Assembly (NCBI RefSeq): GCF_006345805.1
Contig: NC_043007.1
Coordinates: 40,796,001 to 40,860,000 of the forward strand
Direction of reading: 5' to 3'
DNA from: Octopus sinensis
Taxonomy: Eukaryota
DNA length: 64,000 nucleotides
Within the stretch, counting starts at the first letter, position 1. Each line of letters opens with the position of its first letter. Under the pieces are notes generated by a model. That model was not told the DNA's origin, ran no database searches, and worked only from the letters and a program-made list of their open reading frames with translations. Below are positions 13,271 to 26,135 of this stretch, piece by piece. Position numbers and translations under genes: made by a program.

Positions 13271-13986
13271 CAGACAGACATCTTTTGCGTATGATAAAGG
13301 TAAATCTTATTGTCCGCTTTGTAACAGTAAAATGTATTTCATCCTGTTCTGAGAGAATCCTCTTGTAAACACGTTTATAGAACACGTTTATTGTTGCAAA
13401 CATTGGCAGAAACATACCTTTAGTTCCTATAAGTGCTTTCTATCATTCTATAAAATTCGACCTTTGACCGGCGTCTTACATTTCACTTCCACTAAATGTA
13501 TCTACTTCCAGGCCTTTAAGCTGTATTCCTATTCACCCATCGGTCTGTATCTCTCCAATATTAGTTTTCTGCTAATTTGTTTCTTTCTCCTCTTTCTCTT
13601 TCCGTAAAATAAGTTTGACGTTATATCTACTAACGGTTTGTTTTTTAAAAAAACTGCTAGCTTTCCCTTCATCATATACGCAATGATCACATTCTGTTAA
13701 AATGTCTTATTGATGTGCTTGGTTTCTTTCTTTCGTTGATTAGAAGATTGTATTGTTTTACACCATTTTATTATTTCTGGAATAATACCAATGTTTTCTA
13801 CGAAACATATTCGGAATTAAAAAGATTTGAATAACACATGCGTTTGACTCCATTTATTTATTTATCTATATTATTTCTACATTTATAAGTAGGCTTTTAC
13901 ATCCTTGATACTTGTGTGAATTTTTGCTACTCTGGTAACTATTTAATTTTTGTGTTATTTGTAAACATTGAAAAAACACATACATT

Positions 13987-14058
<72 letters not shown>

Positions 14059-14175
14059 CATATACATATATGTATATACAGATACATAAAGATATGTACA
14101 GACATAAATATAAGTAAATATATAAATAAAGATATATATGTATGTGTGTGTGTGTGTGTGTGTGTATGTGTGTAT

Positions 14176-15030
14176 ACTAGCTGACGTACCCAGTAATTCC
14201 CGGGAAAGCGGGGCTTATCCGTTAGTTCCGTTCCCATTATTGTTTCGCTAATCCAATAACAGCAATACAAAGTATGTAACCCTTAAAACAGTTTTTGTGT
14301 TTTAACTGAGAATACCGAAATGGGGTACACAGGATCTTGTTTTTAGGAATTCCCAATAAGTTATGACTACCCAAATTGTTACCAAAAGTCAGTTACGTAA
14401 TAACATGAAATTAGTTACCCGATAGTAAGAATTCAATTAAAGTAGCCCCGAAAAGGGCTCTAATGCGTTCCCAGAGTATATAAAACAAAGGAAGAAATAC
14501 TAATAAGATATGTATACTAAAACAGTGAAGCATGTTACGTAATAACAGGCTAATCAGATATCAGCTAATAACAATTCAAAGTAAATTACTCTGAAAAGGG
14601 CTTTTGTGCGTTCCCAGAGACTATTACCCCCAGGGGCGCTAGTGTTGGTATATTTGTCAATAAGTCACTAACTGAAATAAGTGGATCTCTTGTTTAGTAA
14701 AATACTGTTTACTTGTTTAAGGGTTGTAGTGGATAAATTGCGAAAATATCTCTAACAGTTCAATTACTAAGTAATAATCATGCTAAATTACATTTTTACC
14801 AAATAATTTAGGGAAATGTATGGGTTAATTTCCTTGGTTATATATAAGGATCCATTCCAGGGGCCCTATTACCGATTTTTTTTCGACAATCTGAGTATGC
14901 CATGAAGTTTCCAGACTTGAGTTTTACTCACGTGATAAGGTTCATCAAAATCGATAAAATTATATGTAGGAGGAGTTAGCTAACAACTCCACAAACACAC
15001 CCACAGACAGAATTTCCCACACATGTACTG
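14176..15030 (+). mobile_element. Non-autonomous Helitron/Helentron-like element (tentative)
   Basis: 5' actagctgacgtaccc...; internal ~142-bp imperfect tandem repeat (aaaagggct...gcgttcccagag at about 14452 and 14594); 3' ttcatcaaaatcg...ggaggagtt...acagacag; microsatellite flanks. Confidence 0.35.
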
Positions 15031-15677
15031 TGTGTATATATATATATATTATATATATATATATACATATATATATATACATATATATACATATATATAT
15101 ATATACATATATATACATATATATATATATATATACATATATACATATATATATATATACATATATATACATATATATATACATATATATATACATATAT
15201 ATACATATATATACATATATATATATATATATACATATATAGATAGATAAAGCTGAGACGATAAGACGTGTTTTTACTCCTCTCTGTGCCGGTCAGCAGC
15301 AAGCTCCACAGCTACATTCGTTGTAATTGACCATCACATATATTCCTATATATTTGAAACCACGCTTTTTCCCAACTCGTGAGTAGACTTTTCCTTAACC
15401 ACAAACTATTTTCATAATTTTCAAACGACCAAATATTTTCAAACACCTTCTGATAACTAAAGGATCACTCACACATTAAAAATTAGAAAAAGAGGGAAAA
15501 AAAAGAAAGATAAAATAACTACAAGCTCATAATTCAAATACAAACTTCTCAGTATTACAGCAAACATTCTGTACAATCAATTCTACATACTTCTCCTTAA
15601 AAAAAAAATAATAATAATTAAAAGTAATCAACAAAACAAACGAACAAAATAAAATTTAATAAAACATATCAACCAGA

Positions 15678-16821
15678 ATGGCTAGCCACCAAAAATCCAA
15701 CAAAAACTGGTCTGATAATGAAGTCGACGTTCTTATCAACACATGGCATGGCCTTACCGAAACAGAGAGCATAGGTGCTTCGTGTCTGAACGAAATTGCT
15801 AAACGAACAGTTCACCATTTGCAAACTCGATCTGAACAGCAGATACAAAATAAATTAAAACAAATCGAAGTTGCTTTTAAATTAATAAATAAACACTTCG
15901 ATAAACTGAGATGTGTTTTCTCTTCGAACGCATCACCGGCGCAACAACAACAACAACAACCTCAACAACAACAAACTCAGCGGCAACAACAACAACAACA
16001 GCTACAGCAACAACAACAACTTCAGCAGCATCAACCTCAGCGGCAACAACAACAACAACCTCAACAACAAACTCAGCGGCAACAACAACAACAGATACAG
16101 CAACAACAACAGGATGAACCACTCCTCGATTCATCTACAATGGCCGATTTGCTAAACGAAACGATTGACCCCCCAGTCATCAGGGTCACACAGCTGGAAG
16201 CACCACCCCCTTCCTTTCACGCCCCAGCAGCTCAATCATCATCATTGTCAACACCATCTCCTCTGCTTACTACTACTAGTACTACTCCCACTATGTATCG
16301 ACAAACATCTTTGTCTTGGAATCGACCTCCTCAATCATTACCACTGTCAACATCTCTTCTACCTACTACTACTACTACAACTATTACTACTAATGCTATC
16401 TCAAGGAATTTACCTCCTACAGGTCACAAAGGTCGCCAAAACTTCAACAAACTATCATCTACACCTTTCACAACTCACACACACACACGCACCTACACAC
16501 CCACTCGAAACCCCATCATTTGCCGATATTCTCTTCGCCATAGACTGTGCACTGATAGAGACTGCAAATTCACCCATTTACCTGGAACAAAACGCTCTAT
16601 CCCCACAAACTACAACAGCAACCACCATAATACAACACCACCACAACCACCAATATCTCAAACAAGGAGACAGATTGTGTTTGCACAGGGATTGCCCCTT
16701 TATCCATCTCCCGGGGACTCGTCGGACATTTAAAGATAACCACTCACATAAAAATAGCCGCGGCCACAGTCACCTGCAGTTCCCTAGACAGGAAACCACC
16801 TCTCTTCTTCCTCTTTTTTAG
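15678..16821 (+). CDS. LINE ORF1: Myb/SANT (trihelix)-like domain, polyQ, S/T/P-rich linker, CCCH zinc finger, plus a second finger beyond a probable frameshift near 16655
   Basis: WSDNEVDVLINTW...RSEQQIQNKLKQIEVAFK...HFDKL; CRYSLRHRLCTDRDCKFTH (C-x8-C-x4-C-x3-H); +1 frame RLCLHRDCPFIHLPGTRR ending at TAG 16819-16821. Confidence 0.7.
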
Positions 16822-16903
16822 CTATAATGAATCTAGCAAAAGAACTGGAAAAAAACATCCGAGCTATCACCCACCACCATCCACCACTATTAGCCCACTG
16901 CAC

Positions 16904-19900
16904 ATGCCATTAAAAAGCAATCAAATAAACAAATCACCAAAACAATTAAAACCATCCACTCTCGCCTCAACATTTCTGCTTAATGCCCAAGGCATCAGCC
17001 CTTCCACCAATACACAAAAATGGAAGATAAGATTCCTGGAGGGCTGGGTCGAGGCCCATCCAAACCACATCCCTTTCTTCGTCCTCACTGAAACCCATCT
17101 TAGTGACCTCCACTTGGAAGCCGAGGTGAAAGTTAAAAATTTCAAAACCATTCGTGCTGATCGTGCTGGTAGAAGAAAGGGTGGGACTGCCATTTATGTC
17201 CATGATTCATTCTCAACAGAAGCCATGAGCATATTTTCCAACGGATACTGCGAAGCAGTCGCTGTATTCAGTCAAACCAACAACTTAACAGTAGTTGGGC
17301 TCTACAGACCACCCCAAACGCCCCTACCATGCTTCAAGGAATGCCTCAACAGCATAAAGTGTTTCATTCAGCAGTGTCAACCTGACAACATTTTAATGAT
17401 GGGAGACTTCAACCTTCCCGGGGTTGACTGGTCTACAAACAGTCTGCCGCCAGGTTCTTCTCTCTCAACCCCTGACAGGGAGGCAGTGGAATCGCTTCTT
17501 GACTTCATGGATGACTTCTTGTCCCAACTGGTACTCGAACCAACGAGATGTCACAAAAACGTCTTAGACTTAATTTTCAGCAATCACACTGATACTATCC
17601 ACAATATTGCAGTGGAGAAAACCCTACTCTCCGACCATGACATGGTTCTCTGTGATCTGAGATTTCACTGGCCAAAATGCAAAACAATGTCATCCCTCCT
17701 GTTCATCCATTTGACACTATGGATTTCCACAATGCAAACTGGGAAGCGATCAATAATGATCTTGCACAAGTAGATTGGTCCTTCACGCACACATACACAC
17801 CCACTAACATCAAAAAGTCCTGGCAGTCACTTGTAGACACCATCACGAACATATGTGCAAGACACACTCCATTAAGATCTGCAAACAAATCTAAGTGTCG
17901 AATCCCTAGAAATAGAAAATCTCTCATAAGGAAAATTAAAAGAATCAACAAAAAGATCAACATGCTGAAATACTGTCAACAGCAACACACCAACCTGACT
18001 GCCATCTCGTCGCTAGAGATTAAAAAGCATAAACTCCAAAACAACATGATGTCTATCATCAATAGTCAGCGAAGAGCTGAAGAGGCCTGGGCCATTGAGA
18101 AGATCAAACTCAATCCCAAAGTGTTCTTTTCATTTGCAAAAGAACACAGAGTCACTGGTTCTACTGTTGGCCCTCTGATTGATGAAAATGGTACTCTTCA
18201 AGACAATGCCAAAACCATGGGAGAGATATTGCAGAAACAATATTGCTCTGTTTTCAGCAATCCTGATATGACTGATCTGGGCTGTATCAGTGATGTTACT
18301 CCCCAATACACTTTATCGACATAACATTTGGCGCTCCTGATGTGTTAGCAGCAATAAAGGAAATGAAGCATAATTCAGCAGTAGGTCCCGATAGGTTCCC
18401 TGCTTGTGTCTTGAAGATGTGTCAAAACCAACTTGCACCCCCTCTAGCCAATCTGTGGCGGAACTCACTGGATGCTGGATATATACCAGAAGACCTTCTA
18501 TCCCAGTCTGTTGTCCCAGTTTTCAAAAAAGGAAACAAATCGCTTGCCGTGAATTACCGTCCAATCTCACTCACCTCTCATATCATCAAGGTATTTGAGA
18601 GGGTGCTGAGATCGCGTATGACTCACTTCCTTGAGAGTCATAATATGCTGAACCCCAACCAGCATGGATTCCGTAACGGGAGAGATTGCCTGACGCAGCT
18701 ACTGCATCATTTTGATGACATTTTGAGAGCCTTGGGAGAAGGTTCCAACACTGATGTCATCTACCTTGATTTCAGCAAGGCCTTTGACAGGGTTGATCAT
18801 AAGATCCTTCTGAGAAAGCTGTCCAATATTGGTGTCACTGGAAAGCTGCTGCAGTGGACCAAGTGCTTCCTGTCTAACAGAACCCAACATGTTGTAGTCG
18901 AAGGAGTCAAATCCAGCCCAGCCAAAGTCAGCAGTGGTGTCCCACAAGGCACTGTGTTGGGCCCACTTCTCTTCATCATCTACATAAATGATATTACTGA
19001 CACCATCAAACACAGTAACATCAGAACCTTCGCTGATGATTCCAAGCTCCAGAAGGTCATCAATGGCGTGGATGACCGAATAAACCTTCAGTCAGACCTA
19101 CTGGCTGTTGTCCAATGGGCGGAAAAGAATAACATGTTGCTAAATGAAGACAAATTCGAACTGATCCACTTTGGAAGGGAGGACGCTCTGAAACTCCCAT
19201 ACTCTCTTCCTTCTGGAGAAATTCTCATGGCATCCAACAACATCAGAGACCTGGGAGTAACAGTGGACAACAACATAAGCTGGGCTACACATATAAGGAG
19301 CAAAGTTGACATGGCCCGCAGAATGTGTTCCTGGATTCTCAGAACCTTCCAGTCGAGAGATTCCCACGCTATTATCCTTCTCTTCTCCACTTTTGCCCGA
19401 CCCCACCTTGAATACTGCTGTCCACTGTGGTCTCCCTACACAAAAGAAAATATTATGAGAATTGAAGCTCCCCAAAGGTCAATCACAAAAAAGATAGATG
19501 GCATGTCAGACCTTGACTACTGGGGTAGACTAGACAAGCTGAAATTGTATTCACTCCAACGACGCCGTGAACGCTACATTATCTGTATGATGTGGAAAAT
19601 ATTCCATCAGCACTGTCCGAATGATGTTGGCATCACCTTCAAAATGCATCCAAGGCTTGGACCACGTGCCATCCGTCCACAACAAAAATCTAAATCGCAT
19701 CACATAACGACAATACGGCACAACTATTTCACCTCAATTGGACCCGCTCTCTTCAACATTACACCAGGACACGTCGAAAAAGAAACTGACCACACAAAAT
19801 TCAAGAAGTCTTTGGACAAATTCCTTCAAACAGTACCGGACAAACCACCCACACCCGGATATGTCTCCGCAAACAATAACTCTCTGCTCGAATGGGCCTT

Positions 19901-19916
19901 GGTGCCCAAATCCTGA
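16904..19916 (+). pseudogene. LINE ORF2 (APE endonuclease plus reverse transcriptase), two frameshifts at about 17680 and 18317
   Basis: LNAQG, LTETHL, GLYRPP, MGDFNLP and SDHDMV (APE); NYRPISLTS, YLDFSKAFDRVDH, GVPQGTVLGPLLF and FADD (RT). The three ORF pieces join by single-base shifts. Confidence 0.92.
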
Positions 19917-20012
19917 ACTGAAAGACTTCGCCAGGTGGTGCTATTAAGTTAGACATGGCCTGGGCCAATACTGGCCAAAACCTTTCTAAGTTATTCTAAG
20001 TTATTCTAAGTT

Positions 20013-20074
20013 ATACATATATATACATATATATATATACATATATATACATATATATATACATATATATATAC

Positions 20075-20157
<83 letters not shown>

Positions 20158-20271
20158 CTATATACAGATAATATATATATTATATATATAATATATAATA
20201 TATATATATATATATTATATATATATATATATAATAATATATATATAATATATATATATATATATTATATA

Positions 20272-20327
<56 letters not shown>

Positions 20328-20422
20328 CAGATAATATATATATTATATATATATATATTATATATACAGATATATATATATATATTATAATATATATATA
20401 TATATACAGATTATATATACAG

Positions 20423-20463
<41 letters not shown>

Positions 20464-20498
20464 CAGATAATATATATATATATATATATATACAGATA

Positions 20499-20542
<44 letters not shown>

Positions 20543-20640
20543 TATATATATATATACAGATAATATATATATATATATCTATATACAGATAATATATATA
20601 TGTACATATACAAATGTATATATATATATTTGTATATGTA
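20013..20640. repeat. Complex (TA)n/(TATATACA)/(TATACAGATAA) microsatellite array
   Basis: Direct reading of the sequence. Confidence 0.9.
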
Positions 20641-21179
20641 AACACACACACTTATATATGTCTGTGTATATATGTATATATATGTTTGTGTGTGTGTGGA
20701 TGTATTTATGTATGTATGTGTGTATGTATGTATACATATGTATGTATATATATACATACACACACATACGCTTCCGAGAGTAAAGCCAAGAGATTTTTGT
20801 AATAATGCTGGATTTAGATTCGCATTATATTTTCCGGAAAAATACGGGCAAGTGATGAGCGCCGAGATAAGGCGTAGGGACATGGGTTCTAATGATTATG
20901 AGTGGATATGCAGGTCCCGCTAATATTTGTGGGGCATAAAACACCACCACCGTTGTACTCTGTCGTTGGAGAAGAGAAAAAGTGGAGATGTCGATACCAG
21001 ATAAATATCACAGATATGGTGGAGTATCTCCCATCACAGATTTTACACATACAGGCTGAACATAGAATAGGGACGGAGAGAATCGGGCTATTGATGTAGC
21101 AACAACAGTTGGTCTTACAATCTGCTGTTTGTAGTGTATCACATTCAAACTTAGAGAAAGAAATCTTTTTATTCTCACA

Positions 21180-21910
21180 ACTAGAAAGCAACAACTTATT
21201 TTCAGAATACAAGAAAAGATATCCTGCCCCCGCCCCACTTTCTACTCTGCCTAATATGTCGTTTTACAAGCAAGGTTATTTACTTAATTAAATCAGTTCA
21301 ATGATTCACAGCAAGATAGATTTGTTTTCCTGGCTGATTACGAGGTGTACAATTTATTCACCCGATCCAGATCGTATGGAACTGCAGTTTTTACCAAGTA
21401 GTTTAGTTTTGTATAGAAGGACCTGGACGTTAGAGCGACACTTTGAATGGAGACTTGAAACTTCAACATGACTCTGTCCTAACAATTTTTTACGTGCCCA
21501 AAAGCATTATCAAAAAATGTCATCTTATTACAATTATCAAATATAGCCAGAAAATCATGTTTATATTTAATGCATGTATTTTTTCTTAAGAGCATAAAGA
21601 CCAAGGGTTAAACTTTATTTCATGGTCAGTCAATGATAATTGTATTAATTCAAGTTTCGATAAAGAATGTTGTACATCTGCTAATGTAAATGAATTGAGA
21701 TAATGTATTTGCATTTGTATAATCTTTGTTCTATTTTATTTTCGAAATTATATTCCACGGCATATGTTTCGTAGAATAAATAGATTGCAGCTCGTTATAT
21801 TCTAAGTTGTATGAAATCCATTTAAGACATTCCAAACATGTAGAAATAACATGTAATATACAAATGGTACTCACAAACAAAAGCTAAATACAAATACACG
21901 CCTAAAGAAA
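21180..21910 (+). repeat. Orphan copy of the SLC22 5'-flank block B (no exon 1 follows)
   Basis: Colinear with 36116-36855: atatgtcgttttacaagcaagg, gattacgaggtgtacaa, gcccaaaagcatt, aattatattccacggcat. Confidence 0.8.
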
Positions 21911-21918
21911 CACACACT

Positions 21919-21971
<53 letters not shown>

Positions 21972-22427
21972 CTAGAGTGTGAGTACGCTGCTATATTTTA
22001 TATATAAACAATACAAAAATGGGACAAGAACGCAAAACATCCAGACAGTTAGGTGGAACAAAACAAGGAAAACAAAATATCCAGACAGACGATACGAGGA
22101 AATCAAGGACGGATCAATCGAAGTTTTCTATCCGCTGTCGAGTTCTAGATTATCTTTGCAATTTCGGCTGGTTATACTCGAGATTTCACCAATCTGACCA
22201 GCCCCAAGGAAGAATAAGCTAAGAGCATTACATTCCTTGGAAGAAAGCAGCAAATGAGGGTAGCTATATCAAACTCCATTTTTCATCAAGTGCCACATAT
22301 TAGTGGAGGCTCCTAGTAATAACGGTGTAGCGCAAAACGGCGGTGCATCAGCATGGCCACAGCTCTGAGCTGAAACTTTAAAAAAATACATACATTACTT
22401 TAAAAAAATACATACATAAATATATAT

Positions 22428-22493
<66 letters not shown>

Positions 22494-22508
22494 TATATAT
22501 ATAATATA

Positions 22509-22575
<67 letters not shown>

Positions 22576-22583
22576 ATTGTATA

Positions 22584-22917
22584 GAGGGCATTATTACACA
22601 TAAATGCCATACGCTATGAGGGACTTTCAAAGTCATTACTACCAAAATAAACGAATCGTACCGAATACAGCTCTCGAAGCAAGACATTTAGAAACAGAAT
22701 TTAGTTCCAGATCACCTGTGATTTCGCAATTAACGTATTATCTACGTCTTTTGTTCATCAGTGAAACATATTCAGAACATATCAAAAATAAACAAAACCA
22801 ACATACCTAGCGGAATCAAACAGACGACTGTCGCCTCCATCGTAGCACATGGAAATGTTTATTCATCATATATTCATGTAAATGGCGGGCTTTTTCGAAC
22901 TGCATTTCGGTGAGAAA
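22584..22917 (-). mobile_element. Hammerhead-containing ~330-bp non-coding element in (TA)n; divergent relative of 55578-55898
   Basis: Shares the ccgaaatgca.ttcg 5' part, the catttaca and ccatgtgct.cg motifs and the aatgccctc end with the 55-kb copies. Confidence 0.7.
22704..22767 (-). ncRNA. Type I hammerhead ribozyme (predicted)
   Basis: GUUUCA CUGAUGA [ACAAAAGACGUAGAUAAUACGUUAAUUGC] GAAA UCACAGGUGA UC UGGAAC. Stem I has 6 bp, stem III is AUCA/UGAU, and the cleavage triplet is AUC. Confidence 0.75.
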
Positions 22918-23157
22918 TATACATATATATATATATTATATATACCGGAGTAAACACATAAATGTGAAACAAGGTGGAAAAAAGAGTCCTCAAATACCAG
23001 TGGTAGAGTAATATGCTTTATTTAAAGCAGCAGAAAATTCAACAAAATCTGTTACTGTTACAGATTTTGTTGAATTTTCTGCTGCTTTAAATAAAGTATA
23101 TATTATATATATATATATATTATATATATATATATTTATACATATTATATATTATAT

Positions 23158-23223
<66 letters not shown>

Positions 23224-23240
23224 CATATTATATATTATAT

Positions 23241-23297
<57 letters not shown>

Positions 23298-23599
23298 GTT
23301 TGTGTTTCTTTATGCGTGAATTGCATTTAGTTCTTGTTTTTGAGTAGCAGTTGTATATTACAGGTCATATCAACATGTTTGTAATGTTTTTAATGGATTT
23401 CATGCAAATTAGAATAGAACGAGTTTCAATCTATTTATCCTGCCAAACATATGCCGTGGAATATAATTTAGAAATTAAACCAGAACTAAAATTATACAAA
23501 TGCAAACACATTATCTCAATACATTTACATTAACAAATGTGGTATTCTCTGTCTTTATGTTGTTAAGCAAAAAATGTATATTTTTGCTTAAAATATACA

Positions 23600-24013
23600 G
23601 GCGCAGGAGTGGCTGTGTGGTAAGTAGCTTGCTAACCAACCACATGGTTCCGGGTTCAGGCCCAGGCCCACTGCGTGGCATCTTGGGCAAGTGTCTTCTG
23701 CTATAGCCCCGGGCCAACCAATGCCTTATGAGTGGATTTGGTAAACTGAAAGAAGCCTGTCGTATATATGTATATATATATATGTGTGTGTGTGTGTGTC
23801 TGTGTTTGTCGCCCTAGCATTGCTTGACAACCGATGCTGGTGTGTTTACGTCCCCGTCACTTGGCGGTTTGGCAAAAGAGACCAATAGAATAAGTACTAG
23901 GCTTACAAAGAATAAGTCCCGGGGTCGATTTGCTCGAGTAAAGGCGGTGCTCCGGCATGGCCGCAGTCAAATGACTGAAACATGTAAAAAAGAGTAAAAA
24001 AAAGAGTAAAGAG
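23600..24013 (+). mobile_element. tRNA-derived SINE (family A) with central microsatellite and RTE-like tail
   Basis: ggcgcaggagtggctgtgtggtaag...gggttcagg...gggcaagtgtcttctgctatagccccgggcc...gcatggccgcagtcaaatgactgaaac...(gtaaaa). Other copies at 31355 and 47985. Confidence 0.85.
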
Positions 24014-24049
24014 TATATTAAATATAACTATGTTTTTCGGGATATAAGT

Positions 24050-26035
24050 GATAACAGTCACGAGTTGGTATCTTTTGAGTGGTGCTTTCGGGGCACCTGA
24101 AAATTTGTGAGGCCACAGCCTCGTTGCAGCGTAAACAGTGTTAGTTTCAAGTCTACTGTATAATGCTCTTTACATTTAGGGTACCGATCTAACATCGAGG
24201 TCCTCGAAGATTACCATTATGTATAGAACTAAACTATTTTGTACAATCTGCAATTCCATACGATCAGAATCGAGTGAATAACGTGTGTACCTCGTAATCA
24301 GTCAGGAAAACAAATCTATTTTGTTTTGAATCCTATATCTGATTGAATTAAGTAAATAACCTTGCTTGTAAAAAGACATATTAGGCAGACAAGAAAGGAG
24401 GACAGGATATATTTTCTTTTGTTCTGAAAACATGCTGTTGCTTTCTAGTTGTGAAGCAGCCGCAACAACAAAACTGGTGGGACCAAGGCCTCGAAATCAT
24501 CATACAAGTCACACAGTAAGATCTCAAAATTACACCCACCTTAATAAAGTTACTAGATTGCACAGGCCTCCGAGTCATGGTGGAGCGTCGAAGGCCCTGA
24601 TGTTACAAATGCGGTCAAAAGGGCCACATTAGAAACTGTTGCGAATTGGATAACCCACAAACGGGCCATCCTCCACCAGACGTGCCTCCAAAGCACCTGG
24701 ACAAGGAAACCAACGCCAACCCAATACCACCGCAAGCCCCTCGCAGACATCAAAGCGTGCAAGACCCCAAAGTATAACATCAACAAACCAAACCCGTCAC
24801 CATCCAGCACAAGCACTACCACAAAAAGGCAAGGCAACCCCACAACTGATCAGAAATGGGAAGTGGCTATAAAAAAAAAGGAAAAGAATATACACTTTTT
24901 CAACCACCACCGCCCCACATCCACACACACCACAATACATGCACACACCCACACACACCACAATACAAGCACACACCCACACACACACCTGAGCCTCATA
25001 CTCTAGAATCTGTCATCGACATCACGATAACCAACACAAAGAACACACAATTAACATAACGCATAAACGAAAATCCCTGCATATCAACTTCCAACGCTAC
25101 CTCCTCACATTCACAAATTCCTGAACACATCCAATTAATAAAACTTGACTCATTTATACACAGAACTAAAAGAACAATATCCTAATGACATTGGAACATT
25201 ACAATTAATGTTTACTAAATACATTCACCGGAACTTAATCAACGACACCCCACAAGCCACGACGGGAGGTGGGGAAAAATCTAAACCCTCCCCAATCTCC
25301 AAAACTCAACAAAGAACCTCATACAGGATACACCGGCAGAAGAGGATAAATCCACATCACCTAATAAAGAATTAATTTTTTTCCTAAACACCCATAAAAA
25401 ATATTTCTTTATAGTTATCAAATTTTGTGTAGATAAAAGCTCACTTCCTCCATCAGATTGACATTACCTGTACAGGTGCAACGGATGTCACATGTCAGAA
25501 GTCGAAAGGATCGTGGAGCAATCATTATTATTATTCCTTTGCCTAGTGGCTGTAGCGAAAGAGGTGATATGGTGGACCCGTCTGAAAGGGCTAAGGTCAG
25601 ACACTTTCCTCTTTGGCCAAGGCCTCATCAACTTTTTCAAGTTTCACTTGAAAAGGAAGATGAGAGTAGAGAGGGAAGTGCTGTCTGGTAGCAAGTTTAT
25701 TGAAAGGTGGGTGATGTCGCAAGAATGTCCAGTATGAACGGACCAATTCTGAGGATGCACCTGTAAAAAATTAAAAGGAAATACAAAAGGAGAAAAGGGC
25801 TCTCTACCCACCTTTAGACCAGGCTCTCGTGGCTTTTATGGGGTTTTCCACGAGTAACCTTTCGAAGCGCCTCTCCCTATTGGGAGTTTTAATTGTTACT
25901 TATATTTCGTTGTTATCCTGCTTTTGTACACGGACTTTTTCAAACGGACAAAACCCTTTGTAACTTTCGTCCTGTGTTTTGTCCCTTTATGTTTTAATTG
26001 ATTTTTGTTAGCCCTTGTGGCCAATAAACGAATGA

Positions 26036-26040
<5 letters not shown>
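24050..26040 (+). mobile_element. L1/Tx1-like LINE remnant: ORF1 (CCHC) joined to the extreme ORF2 C-terminus and 3' UTR; 5' boundary uncertain
   Basis: RVMVERRRP*CYKCGQKGHIRNCC at about 24571-24642; FLCLVAVAKEVIWWTRLKGL...FIERWV at 25492-25737; aataaa then (ATT)n at about 26023-26040. Confidence 0.55.
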
Positions 26041-26096
<56 letters not shown>

Positions 26097-26135
26097 TTAT
26101 TATTGTTGTTGTTGTTGTTATTATTATTATTATTG

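Larger units (their letters stand above)
15250..20014 (+). mobile_element. Near full-length APE-type non-LTR retrotransposon (CR1/L2-group-like) inserted in a (TA/TACA)n array
   Basis: 5' UTR, ORF1, ORF2 (APE plus RT), short 3' UTR and (TTATTCTAAG)n tail at 19984-20014. The same microsatellite type lies on both sides. Confidence 0.9.

Noticed and set aside
14960-15302. YI/IY-rich ORFs, and similar ones at 5242-5536, 20278-20923, 43368-43992 and 48612-48977
   Set aside because: Translations of simple repeats without stop codons.
15877-16155. PolyT, polyN and polyV alternative-frame ORFs
   Set aside because: Shadow frames of the (CAA)n polyQ tract in LINE ORF1.
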